64,000 nt of DNA, from the NCBI RefSeq assembly GCF_032191835.1, contig NC_083224.1:123504001-123568000 (forward strand), given 5' to 3'. This stretch comes from Heteronotia binoei (Eukaryota). The notes under the pieces were generated by a model. It searched no databases and was not told where the DNA came from. It worked only from the letters and a program-made list of their open reading frames with translations. The translations under genes were made by a program, and so were the position numbers. This document shows, in pieces, positions 11,201 through 23,697 of the stretch. Positions within the stretch are counted from its first letter, which is position 1. Each line of letters opens with the position of its first letter.

Positions 11201-11457
11201 CAAGAAAGCACAGCAGTAAGAGCTTTTGAAGCATGCATGATTTTTTAAAGTCCTACAACAAATGCTTATAGCGAAATAGCACTATTGTAATAATATAGTA
11301 AATACAGAAAAATAAGCAATTCAAGAAGTTCAGCAAACTAATACAAAGGAATAGCTAGCTCTGTATGGCTCCAGAAGACTTCCTCAAGCTTCGGCCGTGC
11401 ATAGACCAGCCAGCTTCCGGGTGTGGCTGGGGCAAGGCTGCTGATTTTTAACAGTCT

Positions 11458-13227
11458 TTACTGAGTGGCATAAGGCCGGTTAGGGTCTTTGTAAAGTTTC
11501 AAAGTTAATGGTTTCCCTGGAACTGTCTGTGTTTTCCAGTAATCTGCAGCTCGCTTTAAATGTGACCAATGGATCCACGTTGCTACGCCTTGTACTTTGA
11601 TGGCTGTAGGGGAACTTGAAAGGACAGTGAATGCGCCCTTCCACCTAGGCTGTAAGGTCTTTGCCCTCCAGCTTTTTACCCACACACTATCCCCCGGCTG
11701 GTAAACATGTACAGGAGAATAAATTTGATATGGCAAAGTTTCAAACACATACTTATTCACCTCCTTTACAGCTTTGCCCAAGGCTTGCAATTCCTCAAAA
11801 GTTATAAGGCTCCCCAATTGCGAAAGGTCACCTCAAACTCTTTGGACTGGGAGGGGAGGGTCTTCCATAAATGATCTCAAAAGGCGACAGACGAAGTCGT
11901 TTGTGTGGCAAACAGTGCAACCGAAACAATGCAGTTGGCAACATTGTAGTCCATGGGAAATGGGTTTCTTGGCAGAGTTTAGACAAGGTATTCTTCAAAG
12001 TTCTATTAGCCCTTTCAACTTTTGCTGAACTCTGTGGGCGGTAGGCTGCATGCAATTTCCGGGTAATACCAAGCAACGTAGACACACCCTATACAGTTTT
12101 CTCTATAAACGATGATCCTTTATCACTCCCCATGATTATAGGTAAACCAAATTTAGGCACAATGTCTTTTAATAAGGCCTTTACAACCTCATTGACTTTC
12201 TCAGTGCTTGTGGGGTAAGCTTCAATCCATCCAGACATCGTATAAACAAATACAAGCATGTAACGGTAATGTCCAACTTTGGGCATCTCAGTGAAATCCA
12301 CAACTAGGGAGGAGAAAGGTGTTGCTCCCACTGACTGACTCCCAGGTGCCAGTCTTAAACAAAAGAACGCATCCTTGAGATCTACCACTGAGAAGTAAGT
12401 GGCTGAGGCAGGTATAAGTCTATAAGTCCCAGCAAGACATATGGGTTTGGAACGACACAATGCAAAGTCTGTGTGCAAGAATTAAGAGAGCGTAAATCCT
12501 GTACAGGTCTGTAATCATCGGTGTCTGGCTTCTGGACTGGCAAAAGGGGACTGTTCCATGGAGACTGACATTCTACAAGAATTTCATATTCAAGAAGCCT
12601 GTCAGGGTGTTTCTGGATGCCAGCTTCTGCCTTCTTAGGGATCGGGTACTGGCGTTCTCGGACTGGAACGGCCCCTGGGCTTAATTCTACCTTAATAGGT
12701 GCATGGTTTACTGCTAGCACAGGTGGGTTCTCTTCTGCCCATACATCTGGAAATTGTTGAACCCAGACTTCTGTCATAGCCATTACAGGAGTTGATTGGT
12801 ATAGCCTCCACTCCTCTTCTCAGGGGCATTCTAAAACATATGCACCTTGATAATGTAATTTGCCTTCTGAGGTTATATAAGGCAGCTCAAAGTTCATTTG
12901 ACTTTCTGATTCAGAAGTCAATCGGGCTCTTAACTTGGAAAGCAAATCTCTTCCCATTAGTGGCACTGGGCAATCAGGGAAATGGACAAAATTGTGACGG
13001 ACCACATGGCCTCCTACTGAACAAGTTCGTTTGGCTAGAAGTGGTCTGAATTGTTTATGCCCTGTAGCTCCAGTTATATTAATATACTTGCAAATTGAAG
13101 GGGCAATCCTATCAGGCACAACAGATCGCGCAGCCCCAGTATCCACAAGGAATGCGATCTCCCGACCCCCAACATTGACTGTGACCATAGGTTCCACAGG
13201 GTCAGGACTGTCGGTGCCCGGTCTGTC
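11458..13227 (-). pseudogene. ERV pro-pol: protease, RT N-terminus, integrase; RT C-terminus and RNase H deleted
   Basis: LVDTGA (protease); QYPIP...PWNSPLLPVQKP...YRPVQDLR and DLKDAFF (RT), which run directly into VDFTEMP...YRYMLVFV...SGWIEAYP and AYRPQSSAKVERANRTLK (IN); C-terminal PGDSVWVK...PRWKG. Confidence 0.9.
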
Positions 13228-13279
13228 CTAGTCATCCCATCCTTCCAGCCCAACCAAGCCTTGGACAGAATCTTCTTCA

Positions 13280-13948
13280 AAGATTTCAGGTTTTCAAGGC
13301 TGGTAACATCATTAGGGTTTGTAGAATCTTTTGGGCTCAAGTGCCGTGTTCTACTGGAGAAAGTTTTTCTGCTGGAGGGTGTTTTGCAGAGCTGGGTCTC
13401 ACATTATCATACCTGCCTGAACAGAGAAGCTATTGAGATTTACAAACGCCAGCACAATTTTAACAGAAAGGATGAAGGCATTTTCATCCACCAATCTTGG
13501 TACCCAGCTCTGCAAAACACCCTACAGACTATAAATTGCAGAAAGTCACAGAACAACCAGTACATTCCACAGAACAATCAGCACAGTCAACAACCATCTT
13601 CCTTATCTTCACACCCCTTCCAACCCTCCCAGCAATTAACACAGAACAATGGTCACATTCAGCAGCCAGTTTCCTTTTCACTACCCTTCCAGGAAGCCCC
13701 ACCAAACAATGGGCACATCCACAAACCAATTGCCCTTTCACCACACCCCCTCCAGCCTAGAAATAGCAGCTCTCCAGCAGCCCTGGCCCCACTCAATGCA
13801 CAGCAGCCAAGAAGGTCAGAGCGCCTGCTCCGGCTGCAACGCCACTGAGGATGTTCTCCGCAGCTGAGAACGAAACGTCTGGCAGAAAAACTTTCTCCAG
13901 TAGAACATGGCACTTGAGCCCGAAAGATTCTACAAACCCTAATGAGGC
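13280..13948 (+). mobile_element. Penelope-like element, 5'-truncated, with inverted pseudo-LTR arm, nested in ERV gag tail
   Basis: GIY-YIG C-terminal REAIEIYKRQHNFNRKDEG; 13280-13372 is the inverted copy of the pLTR 3' part; 9-bp TSD TCTTCTTCA at 13271-13279 and 13949-13957, and removing the insert restores an open gag tail. Confidence 0.88.
13841..13883 (+). ncRNA. Minimal type I hammerhead ribozyme (Penelope pLTR)
   Basis: gcca-CTGAGGA-t-gttctc(cgcagct)gagaac-GAAAC-GTC-tggc: stem I gcca/tggc, conserved core, 6-bp stem II, palindromic ACGT stem III, GUC cleavage triplet ending at 13879. Confidence 0.85.
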
Positions 13949-16235
13949 TCTTCTTCATTTCTCAAATATCTGCCACTCTGGACGTGGCCTCTTCCTCTTC
14001 CCCTCACACTGGCTCCTCTGTTCCCCCGGCCTTTAAACTCCAGTCCTGTCATCTGTCTAGGAGCGTTTTGAATTTCTTATGTGCAAGGGTGGGGGGTCGA
14101 TTCGGGCATGAAACTTTCCAATGCCCCAAATCCCTACAAAACGCATACTGGTTTGGATCCAAATTGGTCATCACCGTTCTTTGATTTCTGCCATTCATTC
14201 CTTGCCCTTGAACAGCCCCTCTGCCTCTTATAGGTGGCTGCCCAGCCAAAGCTGCTGTCAACAAATCAGCCTTCTTTTTCATCTTTCTTTCTGCCTCCCG
14301 CTTCTGGTCTACATGCCGATTGGCATAAACTTTCTGGGCAATCTCTAACAGTTGGGATAAATTCATGCCAGCAAAGCCATCTTGCTTCTGAAGCTTTTTG
14401 CGAATGTCAGCATAGGATTGAGCAACAAAAGCTGCATTTACCATATGCAAGTTCTCTGCACCCTCAGGATCGAATGGAGTGTACATTCGGAATGCCTGTA
14501 TCATGCGCTCAGCAAAAGCTTTCCTTCTACATGTTTTTGAGCATGATACATGATACGGCTTCTTTCCTCAGTTGTGAAGAGGGCCAGTAAAAGCTGCTGA
14601 CAGTCTGCATAGGTAGGCTGATGCGTAGCCATAATACTGGTTAGCAGATTTGTCATTGGGGCAGGGTTATCAGAAAATGCAACAGTATGGGTTTTCCAGT
14701 TTACTAGATCACTTGAAGTGAAAGGCACATACATGTATCGGGTCTCAATATCGGGGCCAGGCTGTTGAGGGATATGGACTTCCCGAAGGGGAGCTAGCAG
14801 TGAGCCCTCTGTGCTGGATGTAAACCCTGGAAAAGTTGGGGGGTGAAGCCATAGAAGAACTGGAAGTTTTCTCAGTACTTGATGAGAGTTCTGTATGCAG
14901 GGGAGACTCAGGAGGTGAATTAAAACTTGCAGCCAACCTCTGACTATTAAACACAGGCATGGAGTAACAAGGAGCTGTTGGAAAAAACAGTTGCTCTGAA
15001 AACAACTGCTGAACCGAATTAGAGTTCGCAGGGGTGTCGCTCGCCTTTTCCCAGCTCTAGCTCCCTCATTCATCTCTATTTCCTGGCTCTCTTCATCAAA
15101 GGATTTTAAAGCGCCCTTAGCTAGCTGCACTTGATCCTTGCCATCGGTACCTCCTTCTGCTGCCTCAACACCTCCTTCAGCTGGCTGCATCGGAAGAAGA
15201 GGGTATACTGGAACATATGGCGAGGGACTAGCCAAGGGGTCTTTGGGATCAGCATCTAACTCTGGAGACTTTTCCTTCTTTGGAGGGATCGTTGTTTTTA
15301 CTAACACATCCTGACACAAAGCCATAACTTGACTTGCAGCTTTATCAGCGGCCCTCTGAGCCCACTTTTTTTTCATGGTCTGTAACTTCTCTGGCCACCA
15401 ATAAGACTTCTGCACCGTAACTGCCCAACTATCAATGTAGGGAAACTGACTTTCACGAGTTGGGGACTGTACCACGCTCTTATAAACTCACTGAACCAAG
15501 CCTTGGTCAAAGCTACCCTTGGGCGGCCATTCTACATGTAATGCTATCCAGTCTTTCTGACATAACGCTTTCAGAGTTTCAGGAGTCAGTTTGACTCCAT
15601 AATCATCACAGAAACGTTCCTTAAAATTATTACACATATATTCTAGCGGAGTTTTTGACTGAATTCCACCCATGGCACTAGACGTTTAGACAAGACACAC
15701 TTTGAAACACAGAGAGTAGGGAGGGTGAGCTGCCAGTGGGATTTTGACAGCTCCAGACACAAAGGAAGCCTTATCCAATCGCTTCCCCACTTCCCCAGCT
15801 CAGATGCACTCGCGTGGCTGAGAACCTCGGTACCGGTGGGTACAAAAATTGCTTGAAGGCTGCGCCTCCTCTCATTCACCCCCCCACACACAGAAATCCA
15901 GATCCTAGCCTTTGTGCTTCAGCACCAGAATGGAGCCTACTGAACGGGGCTTAAGGGGAGATCAGACCCTTCTTCTCTCCTAAGGAGAGGTAATCCAGAT
16001 TCCCAGACAGTTCATACTCACAATCCTGAAGATCTTCCGATTCCCTGCACACGTTGGTTCAGCCAGACACGGGATCTTGGTTGGCTGGCCGGGCACCTTC
16101 CCTCACTGGGACGAAGAGAGCTGGGCTCGTTCAAAAATGTGACCATGGCGCCTAGTTTGTTCTTCCCACCACGAGGGTGGAAGGCAAACGGTTATGCAGC
16201 CAGCCCAAGGGGAAGGAAAAATCCTGCCCTGTCAT

Positions 16236-16253
16236 TTCCCAGCCAATGCACCA
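16236..16253 (-). promoter_or_regulatory. ERV primer binding site, tRNA-Gly
   Basis: Plus strand TTCCCAGCCAATGCACCA matches the recalled tRNA-Gly(GCC) 3' end TTCCCGGCCAATGCACCA at 17/18, a few bases from the 5' LTR. Confidence 0.85.
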
Positions 16254-16259
16254 TTGTAA

Positions 16260-16713
16260 TGTAGCAGGAAAATAATGGAGTCGCACACATTACTGGTATG
16301 AAGCAAGGTATTTTACTTCTGGTACCATAAGCAGGGTCCAGTTGAGCATCATAGCTCCAAAAATACTGAACCTCCCCCCCGCCCGATCCTTAGATTGTCT
16401 TTTTAAGCACAAAGCAAGCGTAGCAGGCAGGCTTCACAAATTTATCTGATTCAACGTTCCCCATCCCCTTACTCTCCTTCTAGTACTTTTCCATACCTCC
16501 TGTCTCCATGCTTTATCAGCTCCAGCAAGAAGCTTCTCAGTGAGGCCCCTTTGTGTTATCCTAATACACATCTGTGAACCCACACCCACTGAAGGCTGTC
16601 GGTGCTTCTAATGGACATTGCATCAGACACCCTCTTTTTGAAGGCAGAAGCATGCTTTCATTCATTATTATAGGGGTATTCATTAATTATTCAGGGATCC
16701 CCCTTCACTGACA
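16260..16713 (-). repeat. ERV 5' LTR
   Basis: TG...CA bounded repeat of 9096-9538. Confidence 0.9.
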
Positions 16714-19267
16714 AGTGGGTGATCTTTTAGTCCTGATCTGCCCAGGAACTACTATTAGTCGTTGTTTCTAGTTGTAATTATTTACTTTTGTAGGGTGGCC
16801 ATAGGGCAGGGCAATTACATGATAAAGGAGAAGGGGCAGAAAGGAACCTTTAAATGAAGCAGAAGCTTTTTAATATTGGTTCCATTTGGGACCTGTCTGT
16901 TGTAAAAGAGAGATTGTCTGGGTCATTAACATTAAATTATCTAAAAGTAAGCAACATCTCCATTTCTAAAATAGTAAAAAGATTAACTATTTATGTAAGT
17001 TGGACTCTGTAAGTGGACTCTCTGAGGATGTATGCAGGCTCTGTTCAATTCTGGGTTGTGGATTGGAAGCAGTGTAAAATTTACACTTGCTCTAGAGTTC
17101 TTGTGCAAAAGTCAGACTTATTGTACCCCACTTCCATTTCTACTTGTGCAACCAGTTTTGGGGTACTATAATATTAGAAGAGTGCTAAGTGTTAGACAAG
17201 ATCTTGCTCAAGTGGAACTTTTGCATGGATGAAAACCTGTGTTTATGGTGATAAATACACACACACACAAAAATTTATATCCATCCACCCACCATCTACT
17301 TACTTTCTTCTTTCTGCGTGTTTTAAGGCAGCGTCTAATTAAAGTGTGATTTAAGTTACACTTTTTATTAGTGTTTTAAATCATGATTAAAATAGCTGAT
17401 TTAAACTTTTTAATTTAGATTAGTTCATCCTATGTAGGCACAGATGGAGGGAGAATTCCACTGTTAAAGAGCAACAAGATAAAAAGGATTGAGTTGGATA
17501 AGAAGAGATAATCTTCAGGTTTTATCTGAAGAAGTGTGCGCGCACACAAAACGCAAAATAAAACTTTGTAGGTCTTAAAGATGCCACTGTTCTGGTTTTA
17601 CCAGGATTGCATATTACTATTTTCCGTTAGTTACCAGGAATAGTTTAGGGAACTACAATCTCTAGTAAGCCTATTGTGTTGGAAGGGAGAAGGCAGCTTA
17701 TAATACTTGATGTATATGTCCATGTATGCACTGATCTATGAATGCACAGACTGCAGAAGCCTGGTTGGGTATGCTTCTGGCATACTTAGCCAGCGCTACA
17801 CATGCACAGCCAGCTTCCACGATATGAGTTTAGCGTATTTATATGTGACTGGACATACATTAAAGTTGCATTGTCAAGTGCTTTGCCTGGGGCCACCTTT
17901 ACTTTTAATGTTTATTAATCAAAATTAACCTTTTTTGCAAGAGGGAAGTTGAAGGCATCAATCAGTTGATTTTCTTTAAAAATTATCTGTGTTCTTTCTG
18001 CATTATATTTTGCAGTTAGCATTGCAGTTAGCTGCCATAGTTTGCACTGCGTTATTCCTCCTCCAGCAGTGGCAAACTGAGTAAAATGAGAACTGTTTTG
18101 AGAGGGAAGCTGACATTTAGTATTCCAATTTCAAAAACCTTCTGACTGATAAATATTTTATGTGTAGTGAACCATACTCAAGAATTAAATATGAATGAGT
18201 ATAAGGAAACCTTCCTCTTGGTACACTGAAGTTTTGCAGTTCCAAGAGTCATTGTAGGAAGAATCAAAATTGTTTTTAATGAAGAAGACAGTTGTACCTG
18301 TGAAAACCTTGAGTATATTTTTAATAATGAAGCTAATATGCAAATAAGGTATATGCAAGTAAATAGCAACAATGTTTTATTTTCAGTAAATTAACTGACT
18401 TTCCTACAGAATCAGAGACCGTTTCCCTCATTTGTCTTCACAGGCAAAGTTACATGATATATACATTTTTAAAAACTATATAAATAGAATGTTTAATTGT
18501 TGTAGTTTATCTGATGAGCAGAAAGGATGAATATAGTTGATCGTTACTGGAAACAATCTACTTATAATCCACTTTCTAATTGCTATTTAGAATAGCTCTT
18601 CTCACCATTGGTATGGATTTCATATAGGTTGCATATAACAGTTAGACATGTTGTTTTTAAAACTTTGGATGCATATTTCAATGAAAAATAAAACAGCTTT
18701 ACAAGAGAGTCGGCAGCAGAGTGTTCGCGCATGTGTCAATCCATGTCAGCAACATAGTTACTGTGGCTCCAGAAAACAGTGAAAAAGAGGCTGATGAAGT
18801 AAGAAACAAGTGAAACCGCGAGGACTTCTTTCTATACGGTTCCTCCTTTTTCTCTTCATTACAACTTCACAAGCGGAACTTTTAAGGACTCCACCCTACA
18901 GCACTTATTTATGAACTGGGATAAGGCTGTTTCCTATGAAGAAATTTTGAAGTGTATGATTTGGGGGAGTACAAATACCTTATTATTTCTTTGTCTTTGT
19001 GTCATATTTGTACTAAATCAGATGCATGTACACACATTGAGAGTGTAAATATTTATTGTTGAAAGGTGATTTTTTGTATATTTTCCTCCTAGATAAAATA
19101 GGTGCTTTGAAGGGTGGCTTCTATGCCAATGCTAAGGCTCCTCCCCTCCCCAAACCCCATCCTCTCCTGGCTCCACCTCCAAAGTCTCCAGGGTATTTTC
19201 CAACACAGACCTGGCAATCCTGTTTTGGGGAGTGGAATTGGAAACTGGAAGATGATATATGCTAGAT

Positions 19268-20331
19268 CAGCGTTTCCCAAACTTTTTGTTCCCTTGTCCT
19301 GGGAGCTCCCTCTGCCCTCTCCCACCTGGCAGGGAGAGGGCAAAGGCAGATGATCTCCCTCCCCCCCATTTAAATACCCCACCAGGATGTTTAAAGGGGG
19401 GGAAGCCCGGAGCTCCCTTTGTCTTCTCTCCACCTGGCGGGGAGAGGGCAAAGGCAGACGATCTACCTCCCCCCCCGTTTAAACATCCTGCCAGCGTGTT
19501 TAAGGGGGGGGGAGCCCAAAGCTTCCTTTGCCTTCTATCTACCTGGGGGGGAAGGGCAAAGGCAGGCAATCTCCCCTCCATTTAAACACCCTGCCGGGGT
19601 GTTAAGGGGGGGAGCCCAGGAGTTCCCTTTGCCGTCTCTCCGCCTGGTGGAGAGAGAGCAAAGGCAGGCAATCTCTCCTCCATTTAAACACCCTGCTGGG
19701 GTGTTTAAGGGGGGGAAGCCCAGGAGCTCCCTTTGCCTTCTCTCTGCCCGGCGGGGAGAGGGCAAAGGCAGGCGAGCTACCTCCCCCCCATTTAAACATC
19801 CTGCCAGCGTGTTTAAGGGGGGGGGGAGCCCGGAGCTCCCTTTGCCTTCTATCCACCTGGGGGGGAGGGCAAAGGCAGGCAATCTCCCCCCCCCATTTCA
19901 ACACTCCGCCGGGGTGTTAAGGGGGGGGAGCCCAGGAGTTCCCTTTGCCGTCTCTCCGCCTGGTGGGGAGAGGGCAAAGGCAGGGATCTCCCCCCCCAAT
20001 TTAAACACCCCACTGAGGTGTTTGGAGGGGAAGTCTGGGAGCTCCCTTTGCCTTCTCTCCGCTGGCAGGGAGAGGGCAAAGGCAGGTGATCTGCCTCCTC
20101 CCCCATTTAAACACCCCACCTCACCGGGGTGTTTAAATGGGGAGGGAAGCCCGGGAAATGCCTTTGCCATCTTCCCACTTTGCGGGGAGGCTGCAAAGGC
20201 AGGCGATTTGCCTCTGTCCGCATTCAAACACCCCATTGGGTGTTTAAATGGGAGGGGAGCCCTGTTGCGACCTGGTGTCCAGAGGTCTGTGACCTGGGGG
20301 TGGGTCATGATTGTGTGGATGGGAAACGCCG
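19268..20331. mobile_element. hAT-type MITE containing a 9-unit ~100-115-bp tandem array
   Basis: TIR cagcgtttccca / tgggaaacgccg; degenerate 8-bp TSD tgctagat / tgttatat; internal GC-rich tandem units at 19301-20261. Confidence 0.75.
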
Positions 20332-23300
20332 TGTTATATTTCTTCTGAAATAATTTAAGATTAGCTCTAGAAGAATCAAAATGATCCAGTAAATAATCTT
20401 TTCTTATAGATGGTAGTACTTTCATAGGAACTAATAGGTGATAGGAATTTGACCACATTCTGAGGAGTTATATAATTTTTTTTAATGAATGAAAGCAAAA
20501 TGGCTATGCTGTGTGTAAGTAGCAAATGCTGTATTGTAGCTGATTCTTTGTAATCAGATATTCTTTCCCCCATGTTGGTTAAATATATAGCTATATAGGT
20601 TTGTTTTCTCAGGTTTTCTATATAGCATTTTCTTCCATCAACATAATTATACCTTATAGAGCTTGGTTCAGAAGAATTATTAGCTTGCATGTAGTATTTG
20701 CCATTTATGCTGCTATAAATCTGCTAATGTTTAAAATTCCCACTGATATGCTGCCTGCCCCTTTCATGAGAAAGGAAAGCAGCAAGTGAGAAAAGTGTAG
20801 TGAATTCAAAGTTGTGTGGTACTTTATGCATTGTGGGGTAGTGGTAGTGGAGAATAAATTTTTCAAGCATTGTCTTACTCATACCACCCAAAGTTAGCTA
20901 ATGGGTTTCTACATAGTAGCATCAATATTAATTAGTTGTAAGGGCTGGCTCACCCACTAGATATTTGCTTAGAGCACTGGGAGGGTGCTGAATTGGGCTC
21001 TCCCTGTACCCAAGATAAATGCCTAATTTACTTCCCTTCCACGCTGCCGTCGTTGCCTCACCTCAAAACACCTTCCACGTTTCAAAAAGATTGGACTAGG
21101 GGATCCAATTCAGTGAGCCTCAAAAGAAGGTGCCCCTATCCTTCATTATTTCCAGTGGGATGAAAGGCATTTAAAAGGTGTACGGTCCCTTTAAATATGA
21201 TGGCCAGAACTCTCTTTGGAGTTCAGTTATGCTTGTCACAACTTTGCTTCTGGCTCCACCCCCAATGTCTTCTGGCGTCACCCCCAAAGTCCCCAGATAT
21301 TTCTTGAATTGGACCTGGCAACCCTATTAACTTGATGCCCAAAGGTGGTCTAACCATATTCTATTTATCTCTTACATTTTAAGTGTTTACTTCCCATAGG
21401 ATCTTGTTTATATTTTGCTTGTTTGGTAGGTTAGTATTATTGTGTTTATTATGCTGCTTGATTGTGAAAAGTTTATATTTCTAGTCCAGGCTATGATGAC
21501 TAGATTTAAGCATGTACAATATCATACTTATTAAATGCAGGTTTTTTGCAGTACGGAATTACACAGGGCTAGCTGGAATATTTCCTGCTGTGAGGTGTGT
21601 GCTGTGGCTTTATTGTGATTGAAAGATCTGGAAAGTAAAGAAATACAGAACTCACTGAAGTCAACTTCTTTTGGCATCAACAGTGTACTTCTGAGACCAA
21701 CATTCCCTTTTGATAAGTACTAGTAGAATTCCCCCGCCTGCTTTTTTTGTTTTTATTGTAACTTGTGAAGGACAACACAAAAGTCCGCAGTTGTCAATGG
21801 TTTCTCCTATTATGAAATGTGAGAGTTAGTCTTTCCCCTGCAATAGAAAAAAATTGAGTTACTTGCTGGTGTCCTCTTCTGTTGTAACATGCAGGGTGAG
21901 AGTTCTGTGTCCAGCGGATGTTGCTTGGTGGTGATGGTGTGGTTTAAAGTTTTGTACATGGTCACATGGGGTTCTCTGGACAACTGCACAGGTAATATCA
22001 CCTGCATTTCTTTGTTTACCCTGTTTGTCCAGTGACAATGGCTAGTGTTCCTGGTTCATTTGCCAGTCCATGATATTTGCAACCAAGTGATGCAGCCAGC
22101 CTCCTTTTATGCTCACCTTTACTGCTACATACACTGGAAACTGAAGGCCCGTTGTCACAGCCATTTCAGCATCATCCCTTGAGTCTTGTGCAACACCTAC
22201 TATATGGTTTCTTAGAGGTTCAAATGCTTCTGTTTATCCAGGCTTTTAACCTGGTCTCAGGCCTATAGTATGGAATTTTTAAAGGTTGCTCAGTGTTTGT
22301 TTTATGGGTTGTTGGTTTTTTTGCTAATCAGTTATTTTAAGGCTGGCTTTGTGTTTATATCGCTAATGTATAATGTTTTTAATTATTTTAAGCTATTGTT
22401 TTTACTTGTAAGCCACCTCGAGTAGGACTTTTTAAAGGCAGCATATAAACTTGTAAACAAATCAGCAATAATTGTGGCAGCTGCAAGGAAATGCTGGCTT
22501 TATTCCTCCTTAGCCAGTTTTGACTCATTTCTGTGTATATTCCTTTACTACAACCTATTTAGGGTTCTTTCGGGCTTCATGCCAAATTTAGCACATGGAA
22601 TGGATGTACAGCACTGGCCCAGGAGTAACCACAAGTTGAAGGGGATGGAGATTAGCATGGACCAGGAATTTCCTTTCACATTTTCTTAATAAAATAGTGA
22701 ATAAGTAGGGACCCCTAAGACTTGTGGATGTGGGTTTCACATCCTTCCCATGACCTGCTTGGCACTGGTGACGGCTTTCCCTCCCCACTTGCTTGCAGTG
22801 CTTCTGGCCATCTGGTTTATGTAGTGGCGGTGGTGGTGGAAGCACTGGTTCCCTTGCTTCCTCCGACTGACTTGCAGCACTGCTGCTTTTATCTCTTTGC
22901 AGCACTGCCACCTTCTCCATTCTATGAAACATAGTAAGCAGGAACTCTTCCCTACTCAATGGTGCTGCCAGTACCTCTCTAGCACATGTGGCAGCTCTTG
23001 TTTCTCTTCCGCCATCCATCTGCTCAAAATGGCGGTCAAGATATTGTGATACAAAATCATGAAATCTCAGTCATTTCATTAAAATTAATTTAATGAGGGT
23101 TTTGGGGGGTTTTTTTGCAATCCATGGCTGTTCCCCAGGTTTCTAGACATACCTCCTATTTATGCCTGAGGTTTTTTCTGGAATTTTTGATCCCCATGGG
23201 GCAGGTTGCAGAGTTAGATATATGACAAGCAGAATTCTTCTCATTTTCTCCTTCCCCACTATTTTTCAGCTCCTTGGAAACCCTAGTAGCATCTCCCCTT

Positions 23301-23421
23301 TTCCTGCTTCCTTCTCTCCTTTCCACCCACCAGCCAACCTACCTTATATGTCTCCCTGTATCCCCTTACCCACATGTGGGACACAGGTTTAGTTGAGAAA
23401 GCCACACAAGTATGCTGAAGT

Positions 23422-23697
23422 GCCAGTTTGGTGTAGTGGTTAAGTGCGTGGACTCTTATCTGGGAGAACCGGGTTTGATTCCCCACTCCTCCACTTGCAG
23501 CTGCTGGAATGGGCTGGGGTTAGCCATAGCTATCGCAGGAGCTGTCCTTGAAAGAGCAGCTGCTGTAAGAGCCCTCTCAGCCCCACCCACCTCACAGGGT
23601 GTCTGTTGTCGGGGAGAAGACATAGGAGATTGTAAGCCGTTCTGAGTCTCTGATTCAGGGAGAAGGGCAGGGTATAAATCTGCAATTCTTCTTCTGA
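23422..23697 (+). mobile_element. tRNA-derived SINE with L2-like 3' tail
   Basis: A box TGGTGTAGTGG, B box GGTTTGATTCC, tail gagaagggcagggtataaat...ttcttcttct. Confidence 0.85.

Larger units (their letters stand above)
13228..15673 (-). pseudogene. ERV gag, with stops/frameshifts and a Penelope insertion
   Basis: MA WPPKGSFD and YIDSW; p30 YVPFTSSDLVNWK...PTYADCQQLL...TTEER and YTPFDPEG...AFVAQSYADIRKKLQK; degenerate NC knuckle YAFCRDLGHWKVSC; ends with TAG at 13230-13228 in frame with the protease. Confidence 0.88.
9096..16713 (-). mobile_element. Gamma-like (class I) endogenous retrovirus provirus, degraded, LTR-gag-pro-pol(deleted)-env-LTR
   Basis: Two ~450-bp LTRs (about 7% divergent by eye), a tRNA-Gly PBS, Gag MA/p30/NC motifs, an amber stop before the protease, RT and IN fragments, and a gamma-type env TM. 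Confidence 0.95.

Noticed and set aside
14745-15100. Apparent foreign insertion in ERV gag (odd peptide in the 324-aa ORF)
   Set aside because: An alternative frame gives a Ser/Pro-rich p12-like sequence, so frameshifts explain it without an insertion.
9085-16725. Target-site duplication for the ERV
   Set aside because: Flanks (..atcactga / agtgggtg..) do not match at any plausible LTR boundary, so no TSD is claimed.
19301-20261. Regularly spaced palindromic repeats superficially like a CRISPR or REP array
   Set aside because: Eukaryotic context, no unique spacers, no cas genes; whole units are duplicated.
19267-20458. Long ORFs (up to 309 aa) with repeated PPFKHPAG motifs
   Set aside because: Translations of the tandem array, open on both strands; no evidence of coding.
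22588-23047. 143-aa minus-strand ORF preceded by a ccgccatttt motif, possibly a retroelement gag N-terminus remnant
   Set aside because: No diagnostic motif or element boundaries found.
23422-23495. tRNA-like sequence with A and B boxes
   Set aside because: It is the head of a SINE with an L2-type tail, not a tRNA gene.
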